DNA from: Candidatus Latescibacterota bacterium
GTDB taxonomy: Bacteria; Latescibacterota; UBA2968; UBA8231
DNA: 64,000 bases
Assembly: GCA_965197905.1 (NCBI GenBank)
Contig: CBDAOB010000005.1
Span: 2,432,001 to 2,496,000 of the forward strand
Direction of reading: 5' to 3'
Within the stretch, counting starts at the first letter, position 1. Each line of letters begins with the position of its first letter. This document shows, in pieces, positions 30,001 through 38,955 of the stretch. The position numbers and the translations under genes are program-made. Below the pieces are notes generated by a model. The model had not been told where the DNA came from. It made no database searches and saw only the letters and a list, made by a program, of their open reading frames with translations.

Positions 30001-31816
30001 TGCGGCGGGGAAACACCATGGTTCGTCCGCGGAGGGTCCGCAGATTGTCCTTCAAGCGCATCTTGAAATCTGGGAAAAGCTCCGGATCCTCGAACGCCAT
30101 GTGAAACATTCCCGCCAGCACGCGGATCTGTTTCGCCAGATTTCCCGCGTTTGACTTCTCCGGCTTGTCCAGCGGCGTGTCCACCAGGAAACGGGCGTCA
30201 TTGACGGTCACGAAAGCGAGTGCCGGCGTTCCCGCATCGAGAACCAATTCGCTGTTGACCGATATCTCACCGGGTACGAAGGTCTCCCAGCTCATACCAC
30301 CTTCGGGACTGATCCCGTTGACCAGCGCGTCCTTGTAGTCGTAACCGAGCTCCCGGCTGATCCTCCGCGCGTAGTTCATGAAATGTTTTCCGAAAGGCGC
30401 GAAGTACCGTTTGTAATAGAAACTCGTGTTGCTGTTCCACACTCCCAGCTCGTCCGTCCCCATCGACAGATCCAGACTCACAAAGAGCTTGACAGCAACG
30501 GTGTCCACTTTCGGATCGACCCATTCGCGGTAGAACTCGAGGCGCAGATCTTCGTCGTCTACCAACTCTGCAAGCATCTCGCCCCGATCGTCGAACTCTT
30601 CGTCGCCAAAGCTCAACTGGGCTCCGCTCGAACGCACCAGACCTTCGTCGATCGCGTCATCGAGAATCCGGCTGACCAGCAATGTGTCCTGCTCGGCCAA
30701 GTGGCGAACCAGCGCCTCGCGCCCCACCAACTCGTCGTGCCCCAACCGGTAGCGAACCCCTTCTTGTTCGATAAGACCGCGCGCCAAAGAGGCCTCGATG
30801 ACGCGCCGGACAACCATGTGCCCTACGAACGGATCCTCCTTGCGCAGATATCGCTGGATAAAGTCATCGACGCCGCGCAAGGCCTGGTGGTGGGCGGAGG
30901 TCGCGAGAAAAACGATGGTACGAGCCGGCGGATGGCGCTGGAAGTAGTGTGCAAGCTCGATGAGCGCGACAATGCCGGCTGCCTGTTCGGCACCCGGGGC
31001 GAGCGCCGGCACGACCGACATGGCGTCGTAGAACGACTCGATGACGACAACGTCGTCCCGCAACAGCGGATCATACCCCGGAACGGTCCCGAGAATATTC
31101 CACGCCGGACGTCGCTCCCAATCCATTTTATAATCGAGGTTTATGTCGGTGGGGCCTTCTCGAGCGATGATGTCACGCAGCCGATTGCCATTCTCCTTGT
31201 CAATCCAGAACCGTGGAACATCCAGAGGCATGGTGAGAAATTTCTTTTCGCCCTCCAGATATACCGTAGAGTCGGGCTCGATGAATATGACCGCCGTGGC
31301 TCCCAGATATGCGGCGTTCAGCCAGTTGTCACCGGAGTTGAAATCCATGAGGGCAAACGCACCGGAAATAATGGTGCCGTCCATGTCTCGGTACTCACCG
31401 CCCCCGGTATCGACCAGCCTACCGGTGACGCCCCCGTCGGGAAGAGACGATGTTTTGACGAGATTAGGCCAGATTCCGTGAAGCGGTACAGGCTCTCCAG
31501 CCGCAGCCAGCCGCAGCGAGCCGTGCTTCTCTACGGGTACAGAAACGTCGAATTCGTGGACCGTGATGTCGTGCAGACCGGCATCGCGGAAATCTTGCTG
31601 AATGAAGCGGGCCGCGTCTTCGGCGCCAGGATAACCCGCAACGCGCGACTTCGCTGCACTGAAACGCGCCACCAGCTCTTGCACGCGCTGATCGGGAGCG
31701 GTGTTGCGGAGATCGTCAACGTTGAGGCCCGTTGCCCCTGCTTCGCCCACAAACAGCGCGCACAACACCACCAGGGCGTGCACGGGGGCAATCCTGCTGA
31801 ATTCGGAAAACCTCAT
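27050..31816 (-). CDS. 1588-aa fusion: M28-peptidase-like ectodomain + MacB/FtsX permease
   Basis: Signal peptide; SRVAGYPG, NILGTVPG, YD..SVVPALAPGA; NMKRRKTRTVLT, GRWF, VYERFREISIYSSVG; ATG 31816 overlaps the upstream stop (ATGA). Confidence 0.8.
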   Translation of the reverse strand: MRFSEFSRIAPVHALVVLCALFVGEAGATGLNVDDLRNTAPDQRVQELVARFSAAKSRVAGYPGAEDAARFIQQDFRDAGLHDITVHEFDVSVPVEKHGSLRLAAAGEPVPLHGIWPNLVKTSSLPDGGVTGRLVDTGGGEYRDMDGTIISGAFALMDFNSGDNWLNAAYLGATAVIFIEPDSTVYLEGEKKFLTMPLDVPRFWIDKENGNRLRDIIAREGPTDINLDYKMDWERRPAWNILGTVPGYDPLLRDDVVVIESFYDAMSVVPALAPGAEQAAGIVALIELAHYFQRHPPARTIVFLATSAHHQALRGVDDFIQRYLRKEDPFVGHMVVRRVIEASLARGLIEQEGVRYRLGHDELVGREALVRHLAEQDTLLVSRILDDAIDEGLVRSSGAQLSFGDEEFDDRGEMLAELVDDEDLRLEFYREWVDPKVDTVAVKLFVSLDLSMGTDELGVWNSNTSFYYKRYFAPFGKHFMNYARRISRELGYDYKDALVNGISPEGGMSWETFVPGEISVNSELVLDAGTPALAFVTVNDARFLVDTPLDKPEKSNAGNLAKQIRVLAGMFHMAFEDPELFPDFKMRLKDNLRTLRGRTMVFPRRSIVPDLPRTGAVAAVRNGKNKSYKGVRGEYFEVVDNTGMFYLNRIRVKKLQIEGYYTDPISGQITYAPDRGIQGDWTYPMLIEMDWRDKEWMVILFPCVAYNYFDIVDPRYLTKLSEVSVFDEGNSWPVEYGYTIGEGPSSKDEPVGVLFARPGANLKMGFGAGLSGFRYLLLNSTSVTDKEKAQGEGFEINRATSFARTTFQASKDMWTLDEARMRELKSFGIRNQRLENLHNRSKAEFDSAAVALEDLRWGEFVRHTRAAIGLESRAYPDVRATQDDVVRGIIFFMALVLPCAFFTERLIISAATIRNQIIGFVSIFAAIWAVLSLVHPAFQLSNPFVILLAFVIMTLAILVMFIISGRFNDQMKRLRTEVAVIHDTDVSRSSASMTAFALGISNMKRRKTRTVLTFLTLLLLTFTVLSFTSIQTSLRFNQIERDNEGLYEGILIRSKAWIPLEESVLDYAASNFEALATVAPRSWYKNDEKAHIKLKNGPHSHNALGVLGLTPQERNVTGLNQALVAGRWFEEGDEKVCILPNDMLGVDNLNIDIATVGKTQIRVFGEQFTVIGVIDSKKMKELKDLDDEVMTPADFAVTGGQAVEEMAEEEEREKQGLEDAKVVVKPFVHLEPANIIIIPHRTLRNVGSGNPLQSVGVRFKDGVDVVVEIKEFLSRLAVTLFAGIREGDNDFIKVSIYSSLGLTSFSGLANLFIPILIASLIVLNTMMGSVYERFREISIYSSVGLAPGHIAWLFIAESCVYSVLGVVAGYLVGQLVGKVLITLDLVSGLTLNYSSLSAVMSCMLVMAVVMLSTIYPARKASQMAVPDVTRKWKLPPPDGDEWNFDFPFTVSGHEVLGLSVFLIGYFDSYSEESIGTFYTDGAKLSRFSTPNGDGYLIDMNIWLAPFDLGVSQNVKFKAAPEDLHNIYTVTLQIRRLSGEDASWRRVNQRFMNVIRKQFLIWRTVDAEAKENYEGQGQEMLDTTVGVAT

Positions 31817-33223
31817 ATCCAATACACCACGTTGTCCGTCATGCCAGTGCAAAAATCGATCGCAAGCCAGGCGCCAGCCGCGGCGAACTGGCCGGCAATC
31901 AAACCCAAAAAAAACGGGCGCGTCGCCCGGAAAATTCGCGGCCCGCCGTACTTTAATACAACGATCTTGATGCTCCATGCCACGAAGATGCTGAACCAAA
32001 GCTGGTCCATGAGCCAAACGGCACCGATGGGATAACCTATGGGGTGCAACGGCCACCAGGGGATGTTGTGATTCAGCCGCATCAACAACAACATCACCAC
32101 CGCGCCCAACCCGGCATGCACCCAACCAGCCCCATTGGGCCCGCTGGGTTGGCTCAACTGGGACGTAATATAAATAAATGGCGCACGAGTTCCACCTCCA
32201 AAAAACCAGCTGTTGAGATTGATTCCACCATGGTCATACGCCTGGTGGAGAATCATCCAAACCGATCCGGCAAGAGCGAGCACCAGCGCCAGTATCATGA
32301 CCCATAGGAGCGGTCTGAGATTGCGCCCCAGGTATTGGCTCAACTTCAATCCATGGGAGCACGACGCCAACACGAAGGTGCGAATATCGGCGCTCCAGAC
32401 GTAGGTGAACGCCAGGGCGACCATGCCGGAATGGCTCACTTGAGAAGAGCCCACCGCTGACACCACGGCGGAAGATGCGATCATGGGGGCAACTGCTGCT
32501 GCGACCCCGCCCTCCACCACGATGCGTGTCAAACCTATGAATATCGCGTGAGCCAGCAGGTTTACGGCCAGCGCGATCCACAGTGGCAAGCCTGAAAACC
32601 ACAACCAGGAAGTCGTGAGGACCATGCCGCCACACCAAACGAGAAGCGCGCTGCGGTACGACATGATCTCGTCGCAGTCATCTCGACGACTTCCCTTGAC
32701 GGCCGCGCCGATGACAAAGGCAAGGTGACGCCTCGAAAACCACAATCCGACGAGAACCAGGATCGCCATCGCTCCCATTCCCTGATGCGCCAGCAGCGGT
32801 TGGTTCGCCACCCCATAGATCCCCAGATTCTCGGTACTAACCGTTCCAAGGGTGAGTAGAGTTATTCTCCGGTGTTGCGTAATAGAAGACGCCACTGATG
32901 ATGGTCAATAGATATTCGGAGAAACCCATCGTGGGTATGGCCGAGGCCACGATTCCCATGATGTACACCACCAGGAGTTCGCCCTGGCTCAGAGCCCAAT
33001 CGAGTCCCATGAACCGCAGCGCAACATTGGCCACGGCCACCAGAAAAAGGAGCAGGCATATGGCTCCCGGCGTGCTGAAGTCGAGCGCCATGTATGACCC
33101 CCGAATCACCATGTTGGCGTACGGTGCTCCCATGGCGATAGCCACGGAAACGAGGGCCCCTACGGCTACGGCTCGGGCGGTGAACGGAGAAGGGGATGTT
33201 GCCACATCCGAAATGGAGCCCAA
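31813..33223 (-). pseudogene. DUF6785/DUF6784-like OPT-related membrane protein, broken near 32860
   Basis: N-part FTARAVAVG...FYYATPEN ends at stop 32837; C-part in another frame (…ENLGIYG…WWPLHPIGY…YGG…PFFLG). Confidence 0.65.
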
Positions 33224-33231
33224 AGCGCCGG

Positions 33232-33753
33232 CTATCCTTTTCCCGCCAAGCCCGTTGCGTGGAGTTTGGCCAGCACCCACACCACCAGAAGGCCGATCAC
33301 GAAGCCACTGATCAGACCGCTCAATAGAAACAGAGGGAGCAGGGAAAAAATCCCGGCCGTTCCGATATAGATGAATGCGAGGGCGAGTTGGGCCACCTGA
33401 TGGGTTAACGATCCGAGGATGCTGATGCCGACCGGGCTGAACAGATCGGGGGTGGTCGAGCGAACGACAATCATCAGTGCGACGCTTGTCAAGCCAGCGC
33501 CCCCGCCGATAACAAAGGTTGGGCCCCCCAGACTGCCGGCAAGGAGACCACCGACGACGATCTTCACGACCGCGACGGCGGCGGCGGCTCCGCCTCCGAG
33601 CAGAAGGAGAGCGAGGACGACGGCAATATTGCCGAGACCCAGCTTCATCCATGGCAGGGGTCGGGGAACCTGGGCTTCGACTACGAAAAGGATCAACGCG
33701 AGGCCGGCAAGCATTCCGGTGCGCGCGACCGATCCGTACGGGGCGCGCCTCAC
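33232..33753 (-). CDS. Gx transporter family (heptaprenyl-PP synthase component I-like)
   Basis: E..VP.PLPWMKLGLGN, SPVGISILG..H...QL; GTG start overlaps the upstream TGA. Confidence 0.8.
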   Translation of the reverse strand: MRRAPYGSVARTGMLAGLALILFVVEAQVPRPLPWMKLGLGNIAVVLALLLLGGGAAAAVAVVKIVVGGLLAGSLGGPTFVIGGGAGLTSVALMIVVRSTTPDLFSPVGISILGSLTHQVAQLALAFIYIGTAGIFSLLPLFLLSGLISGFVIGLLVVWVLAKLHATGLAGKG

Positions 33754-34160
33754 CGCGCCACCGCGTCGAACCTTGCCGATCGTGATTGCCCGCGCACTTC
33801 GGCGACAACCCGATTCGGAACGCAGGCAATTACCTGCCCCACCCGGTGTATGGAACCCGAGCGGATGCAGATCCCGTTGGGGCACGCAGAGGATATAACC
33901 GCTACCGACCCGCGGTCCACAGAAATCCGCGTGATCCCAAGTGGTCCTTCGAACTGGTACTCCTGGTCCAGTGCCAACGAGTAAGGACCGTTCATGGTGC
34001 CTGTGACACTCACCTGGAACTCTCCGCCCTCCCCACTCCAGCGGGAATCGTAAGCTGCCGCGCAGGCTACCAGGCTGGTGATAATCAGTGCCTTGTCGGC
34101 AAATGTCAGGGGACGCCAGAGTTCGCGCCACCAGGCACTCGAAACATCGCTGTCTACCAA
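33750..34160 (-). CDS. NusG domain II-containing protein (DUF1312)
   Basis: GPLG...SACPNGIC...G.I...GQVIACVPNRV; N-terminal TM. Confidence 0.82.
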   Translation of the reverse strand: MVDSDVSSAWWRELWRPLTFADKALIITSLVACAAAYDSRWSGEGGEFQVSVTGTMNGPYSLALDQEYQFEGPLGITRISVDRGSVAVISSACPNGICIRSGSIHRVGQVIACVPNRVVAEVRGQSRSARFDAVAR

Positions 34161-34206
34161 GAACTTACCCTCCGGTGGCAGTGCAATTTCAAGCTCCTCG
34201 AACTGC

Positions 34207-34236
34207 TTGACAATCGGCCCTCAATTTGGTTACATT
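34207..34236 (+). promoter_or_regulatory. Putative sigma70 promoter
   Basis: TTGACA-18 nt-TACATT in the divergent gap. Confidence 0.45.
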
Positions 34237-34375
34237 CACCGGCGCCCGATTGGACTTAAGTGGTTGAGAACTTGGTGCTTTAAGGATGCACAGAACTCTG
34301 ACATGGTGCCATGACCGGTGCAGACCGGAGCCGGCTCCCCCAAGTCCGGGACGGTAAAGCCAGGAGGACTGAAGA

Positions 34376-34693
34376 ATGTGGTGGATAATAGCGGTTGCGT
34401 CCATTTGTGTCGCCTTGCTGGTACAGTATCTCTGTTCCAGCAAGATCCTGCGTATGAAGCAGGCAATCTCGATCAAGAGCATCTCCCTGCGCGACGTCCG
34501 CGACGAGGGCGATAAGCTGGACCAGCAGGAGATGGAATTGAAGACGCAACAGATCAGTCTCGGCCAAAGTGTGGTTAGACTGCGCAAGGATATCAAAGGG
34601 CTCCAGGAAGCGGTCAGTGACCGTGGCATTCCGGTTCCGGATCCCGGGTTTTCTCTGGAAGAGGATATTCCGACTGGAGACGAGGAGGATTAG
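34376..34693 (+). CDS. Small membrane-anchored coiled-coil protein
   Basis: AGGAGG SD, N-terminal TM, heptad-like body, acidic tail. Confidence 0.65.
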   Translation: MWWIIAVASICVALLVQYLCSSKILRMKQAISIKSISLRDVRDEGDKLDQQEMELKTQQISLGQSVVRLRKDIKGLQEAVSDRGIPVPDPGFSLEEDIPTGDEED

Positions 34694-34882
34694 CAGTTCC
34701 AGGCTGGGAGAGTCCGCCTCGGATTCGCCCCGCACTATAACGTGAAGTCTGTCAGCCGCAAAAGTCGTAACTCGTTTATAGCCATCCAGTTCCGAACAAC
34801 ACACTGCTTTTGAATCAGTTGTCGTACGTGTATATTTGAGGAAGATCTACACGCTTGGAGAATCACCAGGCCAAAGCGACCA

Positions 34883-37096
34883 ATGGCGATGTCTAGTAGC
34901 GAACTGACAAAATCTGACCGCGGGACCAAGACGAATCTGCTCGACGGGGAGTTGGAAAAGGCAGCTGACCATCTGCAACTTCAGATGCTGCTGATCGAGG
35001 TGGCATCCAGCAACGATCAGGCTGACTTCCCGCTCATTTCCCAGGCCTATTTTTTTGCCAATACCTTTCACAGCGGCCAGACTCGCAAGTCGGGGAAACC
35101 GTTTCTACAACACTGTGTGGAGGTGGCACGTATCCTCGCACAGCTGCGGCTAGATGCGACGACGGTAGCCGCCGGCCTGCTGCACGACGTCCTTGAAGAC
35201 ACTCCCGCTACCTACACCATGGTGGCCAAGGAGTTCGGCGAGAAGATCGCCGCCCTGATTGATGGCGTGACCAAGATCGAGCAGTTCCAATTCGAGAGCC
35301 AGGAGGCACGGCAGGCAGAAACCTACCGTAAGATGCTGCTCTCGGTCACCCAGGACATACGCGTCATCCTGATCAAATTCGCCGACCGCTTGCACAACAT
35401 GCGCACCCTTGATCACGTAACCCCCGCCCAACAGCTGCGCATAGCCCACGAAACCCTGGAGGTGTACTCGCCACTCGCCCATCGCTTCGGTTTGGCGCGA
35501 ATTCGCGGCGAGTTGGAGGACTTGAGCCTCAAGTACCTCGATTTCGAAAGCTACCAGAGCATTCGTGAAAACGTGGCCATGAAACGCGCCGAGCGCGAAG
35601 CCTACCTGGAGGAATTCAAGAACCCCATCGAGGAAGAGCTACGCCGCAACGGAATCGAGGCGGAAATCACGGCGAGGGCCAAACGCTTCTACAGCATCTA
35701 CACGAAGATGAGTAGCCGCGAGAAATCGTTCGAGGAGATTTATGACCTCATGGCGGTTCGCATTCTCGTCGGAACCGTCCGCGAATGCTACCACACCCTA
35801 GGCCTGGTCCACACCCTGTACCGCCCGATACCGGACCGTTTCAAGGACTACATCGCAACCCCGAAAAGCAACATGTACCAGTCATTGCATACCTCGGTCA
35901 TAGGTCCCCGGGGTCTCCCCGTTGAGATCCAAATGCGCACCCAGGAAATGCATCACACCGCCGAGATCGGAATCGCTGCACACTGGCGCTACAAGACGGG
36001 CGAGGAAGGGCAAAGCGAGCTAGATCAGCACCTGCATTGGTTGCGACAGGTGCTCGACTGGCAGCAGGACGCCACGGATCCCGCCGAGTTCATGGAAAGC
36101 CTCAAGATCGACCTCTTTCAGGACGAGATTTTCGTCTTCACTCCGCAGGGCGATCTGCACCAGCTACCTAAAAGCGCGACCCCGATCGACTTTGCTTTCG
36201 CGGTGCACACGGATATCGGTTTCCAATGCCTGACCGCTAAGATCAACGGCCAGGTATCTCCGCTGGGTACCGAGTTGAATAGCGGCGACTACGTCGAGAT
36301 CATAACCTCGCGCAATCAGAAGCCCAAGCAGGCGTGGTTGGAACTGGTAAAGACCTCGAAAGCCCGCCATTGCATCCGGAAGTTTCTGAAGGAGGAGCGC
36401 TTCAACCACAGTACGCGGCTTGGGCGAGAAATGCTCGAGCGGGAGCTGCGGCGCTACCGGTCCAAGATCGGGAATGAGGACCTCCTCATTGCCTGCGGAG
36501 ACCTGGGATACGACGACGAGGAACATCTGTACGCCGCACTGGGCACCGGAGATTTGTCATTGCCGCGGCTGGTGAACCGACTGATGCCCAACCAGAAGAG
36601 TCCCAAGAGGCGTCCCGCCGCCAAAGACAGTCGCGGCATTCGCATTCAGGGAATGGACGACACGATGATCTCCTTCGCCAGTTGCTGCACGCCGATACCC
36701 GGAGACCAGATCATCGGGCTCGTGACTCGGGGGCGTGGCGTAACAGTACACCGTCTGGGCTGCGCCAATATTGTGGATCTCAGCGGCCAACCGGAGCGTC
36801 TGGTAGATGTGGAGTGGGATTTAGAGAGCGAGTGTGCGTTCACGGTGAAGCTCCGCATAAGAAGCAACGACCGAAAATACCTGCTGTCGGAAATCGCCAA
36901 GTCCATCAGCGACACGGGCGCGAACATCAAGAGCTCCTCTACCCGCACCGAGGGAAATGTTGCGGTGGAGGAATTTTGGCTCGACGTGAGCGACACGAAA
37001 CAGTTGAAGCTCGCAATCGACCGCGTCATGGAGGTGGATGGCGTCCTCGACGTAAGACGCGTCGATCAGGCAGAGTCGGTAGTCCCCCTGTCCTAA
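34883..37096 (+). CDS. rel: Bifunctional (p)ppGpp synthetase/hydrolase
   Basis: HSGQTRKSG, LLHDVLED, ADRLHNMRT, RFKDYI, YQSLHT, TGS and ACT domains. Confidence 0.96.
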   Translation: MAMSSSELTKSDRGTKTNLLDGELEKAADHLQLQMLLIEVASSNDQADFPLISQAYFFANTFHSGQTRKSGKPFLQHCVEVARILAQLRLDATTVAAGLLHDVLEDTPATYTMVAKEFGEKIAALIDGVTKIEQFQFESQEARQAETYRKMLLSVTQDIRVILIKFADRLHNMRTLDHVTPAQQLRIAHETLEVYSPLAHRFGLARIRGELEDLSLKYLDFESYQSIRENVAMKRAEREAYLEEFKNPIEEELRRNGIEAEITARAKRFYSIYTKMSSREKSFEEIYDLMAVRILVGTVRECYHTLGLVHTLYRPIPDRFKDYIATPKSNMYQSLHTSVIGPRGLPVEIQMRTQEMHHTAEIGIAAHWRYKTGEEGQSELDQHLHWLRQVLDWQQDATDPAEFMESLKIDLFQDEIFVFTPQGDLHQLPKSATPIDFAFAVHTDIGFQCLTAKINGQVSPLGTELNSGDYVEIITSRNQKPKQAWLELVKTSKARHCIRKFLKEERFNHSTRLGREMLERELRRYRSKIGNEDLLIACGDLGYDDEEHLYAALGTGDLSLPRLVNRLMPNQKSPKRRPAAKDSRGIRIQGMDDTMISFASCCTPIPGDQIIGLVTRGRGVTVHRLGCANIVDLSGQPERLVDVEWDLESECAFTVKLRIRSNDRKYLLSEIAKSISDTGANIKSSSTRTEGNVAVEEFWLDVSDTKQLKLAIDRVMEVDGVLDVRRVDQAESVVPLS

Positions 37097-37106
37097 ACGC
37101 ATGCAG

Positions 37107-37369
37107 CTAGTCGTCTAAAGCCGCTTCGAGTTTCTGCAATATCGCCCGCTCATCAGGATTGACCACCTTTCCTCCGCCGTAATGCCCCCCGAGTTGTTCC
37201 TCCGCCCAACCGTAAACAATTTGCAGTTGCATTCGGCTCAAATCGAGGGTCTCCCCCCCTCCACAGCCTTTCGCAATTTCGTCAATATCCGTTCTTCGTC
37301 GGGCCAAAACGGCTTCTCTTTCCAGGTCAAGATGATCTCGACCTCGCGATCGCTGAGTGAAAGGTCCAT
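37107..37369 (-). pseudogene. Small two-repeat hypothetical protein, frameshifted at a G7 run
   Basis: G8 at 37253-37259 would join the two ORFs into an 87-aa protein with a duplicated LS...W...PDE..IL.KL..A unit. Confidence 0.6.
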
Positions 37370-37446
37370 ACCTCTCGAATCATTGACTTGGCCTATCGCA
37401 GAACCTATATTGCGGCCCTCTCCGCGTGTTTTCCGCGACGTCCACA

Positions 37447-38505
37447 ATGACAGATTCGAAGACCAAGTACTTTCGCGATAATATCGCCGAAATGCAGCCG
37501 TACGTACCGGGCGAGCAACCGCGAGACGGCGACTACATCAAGCTAAACACGAACGAAAATCCGTACCCTCCCGCCCCTCGCGTAATCGACGACATAAAGG
37601 CTGCATGCGGCGAAGATCTCAGACTCTACCCAGATCCCGATGCGCTCATCGTTCGCGAAAAGCTGAGCCACGTATTCGATGTGGACAGGTCGCAGATCAT
37701 GCTGGGAAACGGATCGGACGAGCTCCTAAATATCATTCTACGCAGTTTCGTCGGAGACGGTCAACAGGTGCACTACCCTACCCCGACCTACGCCTACTAC
37801 AAGAAGCTGGTACAGATCCAAAATGCACAACACGTCGAGATCCCGTTCGCCGATGATTATTCGCTCCCGGAGGGTCTGGGGATCGGGGCAGCCCTCACCC
37901 TGGTCGCGAATCCCAATTCTCCCTCCGGCACATTGGCCGATGGCAAAAGTCTGGCGAGGGTCGCCGAGGCCACCGATGGCGTGCTCGTCGTCGATGAGGC
38001 GTACGTCGACTTCTCGGAAGGGGGATCCATTGGAATGTTGAAGGACCACCGCAACCTAGTGATCGTTCGCACCATGTCCAAGTCGTATTCCCTGGCGGGC
38101 ATGCGCGTTGGTATGGCGCTTGCGCACTCGGATCTTATCGGCGGCCTCACCAAGGTTAAAGATCACTACAACATGGGGCGCTTGAGCCTGGTTGCGGCCG
38201 CGGCAGCCATCGATTCAATAGACGTAATGAGGAAAAATGCGGACCGCGTACGGCAAACGCGTGAATATCTCTCGTTTGAGCTGCGAAGACTCGGAATGGA
38301 GGTTTGGAACTCCAGGGCCAACTTCGTGCTTGCCCGCGTCCGCGGAGCGGACGCCGGCACGATTCAACTGGAGCTGAAGCGGCGGCGGATACTGGTTCGG
38401 CACTTCGATGAGGACAGGCTGAAGGATTGCCTGCGTATCAGCGTCGGCCAGAGGGAGGAAATCGAGGCGTTACTCCGCGAGCTAGGGGATATCCTTGAAT
38501 CTTGA
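37447..38505 (+). CDS. hisC: Histidinol-phosphate aminotransferase
   Basis: YVPGEQP, KLNTNENP, GNGSDE, DEAY, RTMSKSYSLAGMRVG. Confidence 0.94.
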   Translation: MTDSKTKYFRDNIAEMQPYVPGEQPRDGDYIKLNTNENPYPPAPRVIDDIKAACGEDLRLYPDPDALIVREKLSHVFDVDRSQIMLGNGSDELLNIILRSFVGDGQQVHYPTPTYAYYKKLVQIQNAQHVEIPFADDYSLPEGLGIGAALTLVANPNSPSGTLADGKSLARVAEATDGVLVVDEAYVDFSEGGSIGMLKDHRNLVIVRTMSKSYSLAGMRVGMALAHSDLIGGLTKVKDHYNMGRLSLVAAAAAIDSIDVMRKNADRVRQTREYLSFELRRLGMEVWNSRANFVLARVRGADAGTIQLELKRRRILVRHFDEDRLKDCLRISVGQREEIEALLRELGDILES

Positions 38506-38955
38506 ACGCCCGGGATCGGCGGAAACAAGCGGGTCAGTGGTTCGCTGTTCGAGCATGCGGCTAATAACCTCCACCTCGGCTACCCCCATCCCGAGCCTGC
38601 GGGCAACTTCCGTCGCCGGGACCCCTTTGACGATCAACTCCTGCGCTTTCTTGTAATTGCCATCGCCGTCCGACCGGGTCGACCAACGCGTCGGTTTCGC
38701 CTTTCGCCGAACCCGCGAGCCATTGCCCGTGGACTTCGCGTCTGTTCGAATTCTCGTCTCGATAGCCGAGCAGGTCGTCTGTAGCTGACTGCACAGTCGC
38801 TGTAACTCGGACTGCTGGAACTCGAGGACCTCCAGTCTGGTATCCAAGGCATCGCGCGCACCGCGCAGCCAGGCGCGAAACCACAAACCGAGACTACCGG
38901 CCACCGCCAAGAACAAAAGATCGATAAAAAGCAACTGCCAGCTATCGCTGCTCAC
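38482..38955 (-). CDS. Flagellar-operon membrane protein (DUF2802/DUF6115-like)
   Basis: N-terminal TM, coiled coil, C-terminal HTH-like EVARRLGMGVAEVE. Confidence 0.6.
   Translation of the reverse strand: MSSDSWQLLFIDLLFLAVAGSLGLWFRAWLRGARDALDTRLEVLEFQQSELQRLCSQLQTTCSAIETRIRTDAKSTGNGSRVRRKAKPTRWSTRSDGDGNYKKAQELIVKGVPATEVARRLGMGVAEVEVISRMLEQRTTDPLVSADPGRSRFKDIP

Noticed and set aside
30383..32035. 550-aa plus-strand ORF and other long antisense ORFs (5979-6935, 27695-28774, 40362-41345)
   Set aside because: Shadow frames of well-supported genes in GC-rich DNA, with no recognisable motifs.
23095..34700. RiPP cluster inferred from the PqqD gene
   Set aside because: No maturase or convincing precursor peptide is nearby.
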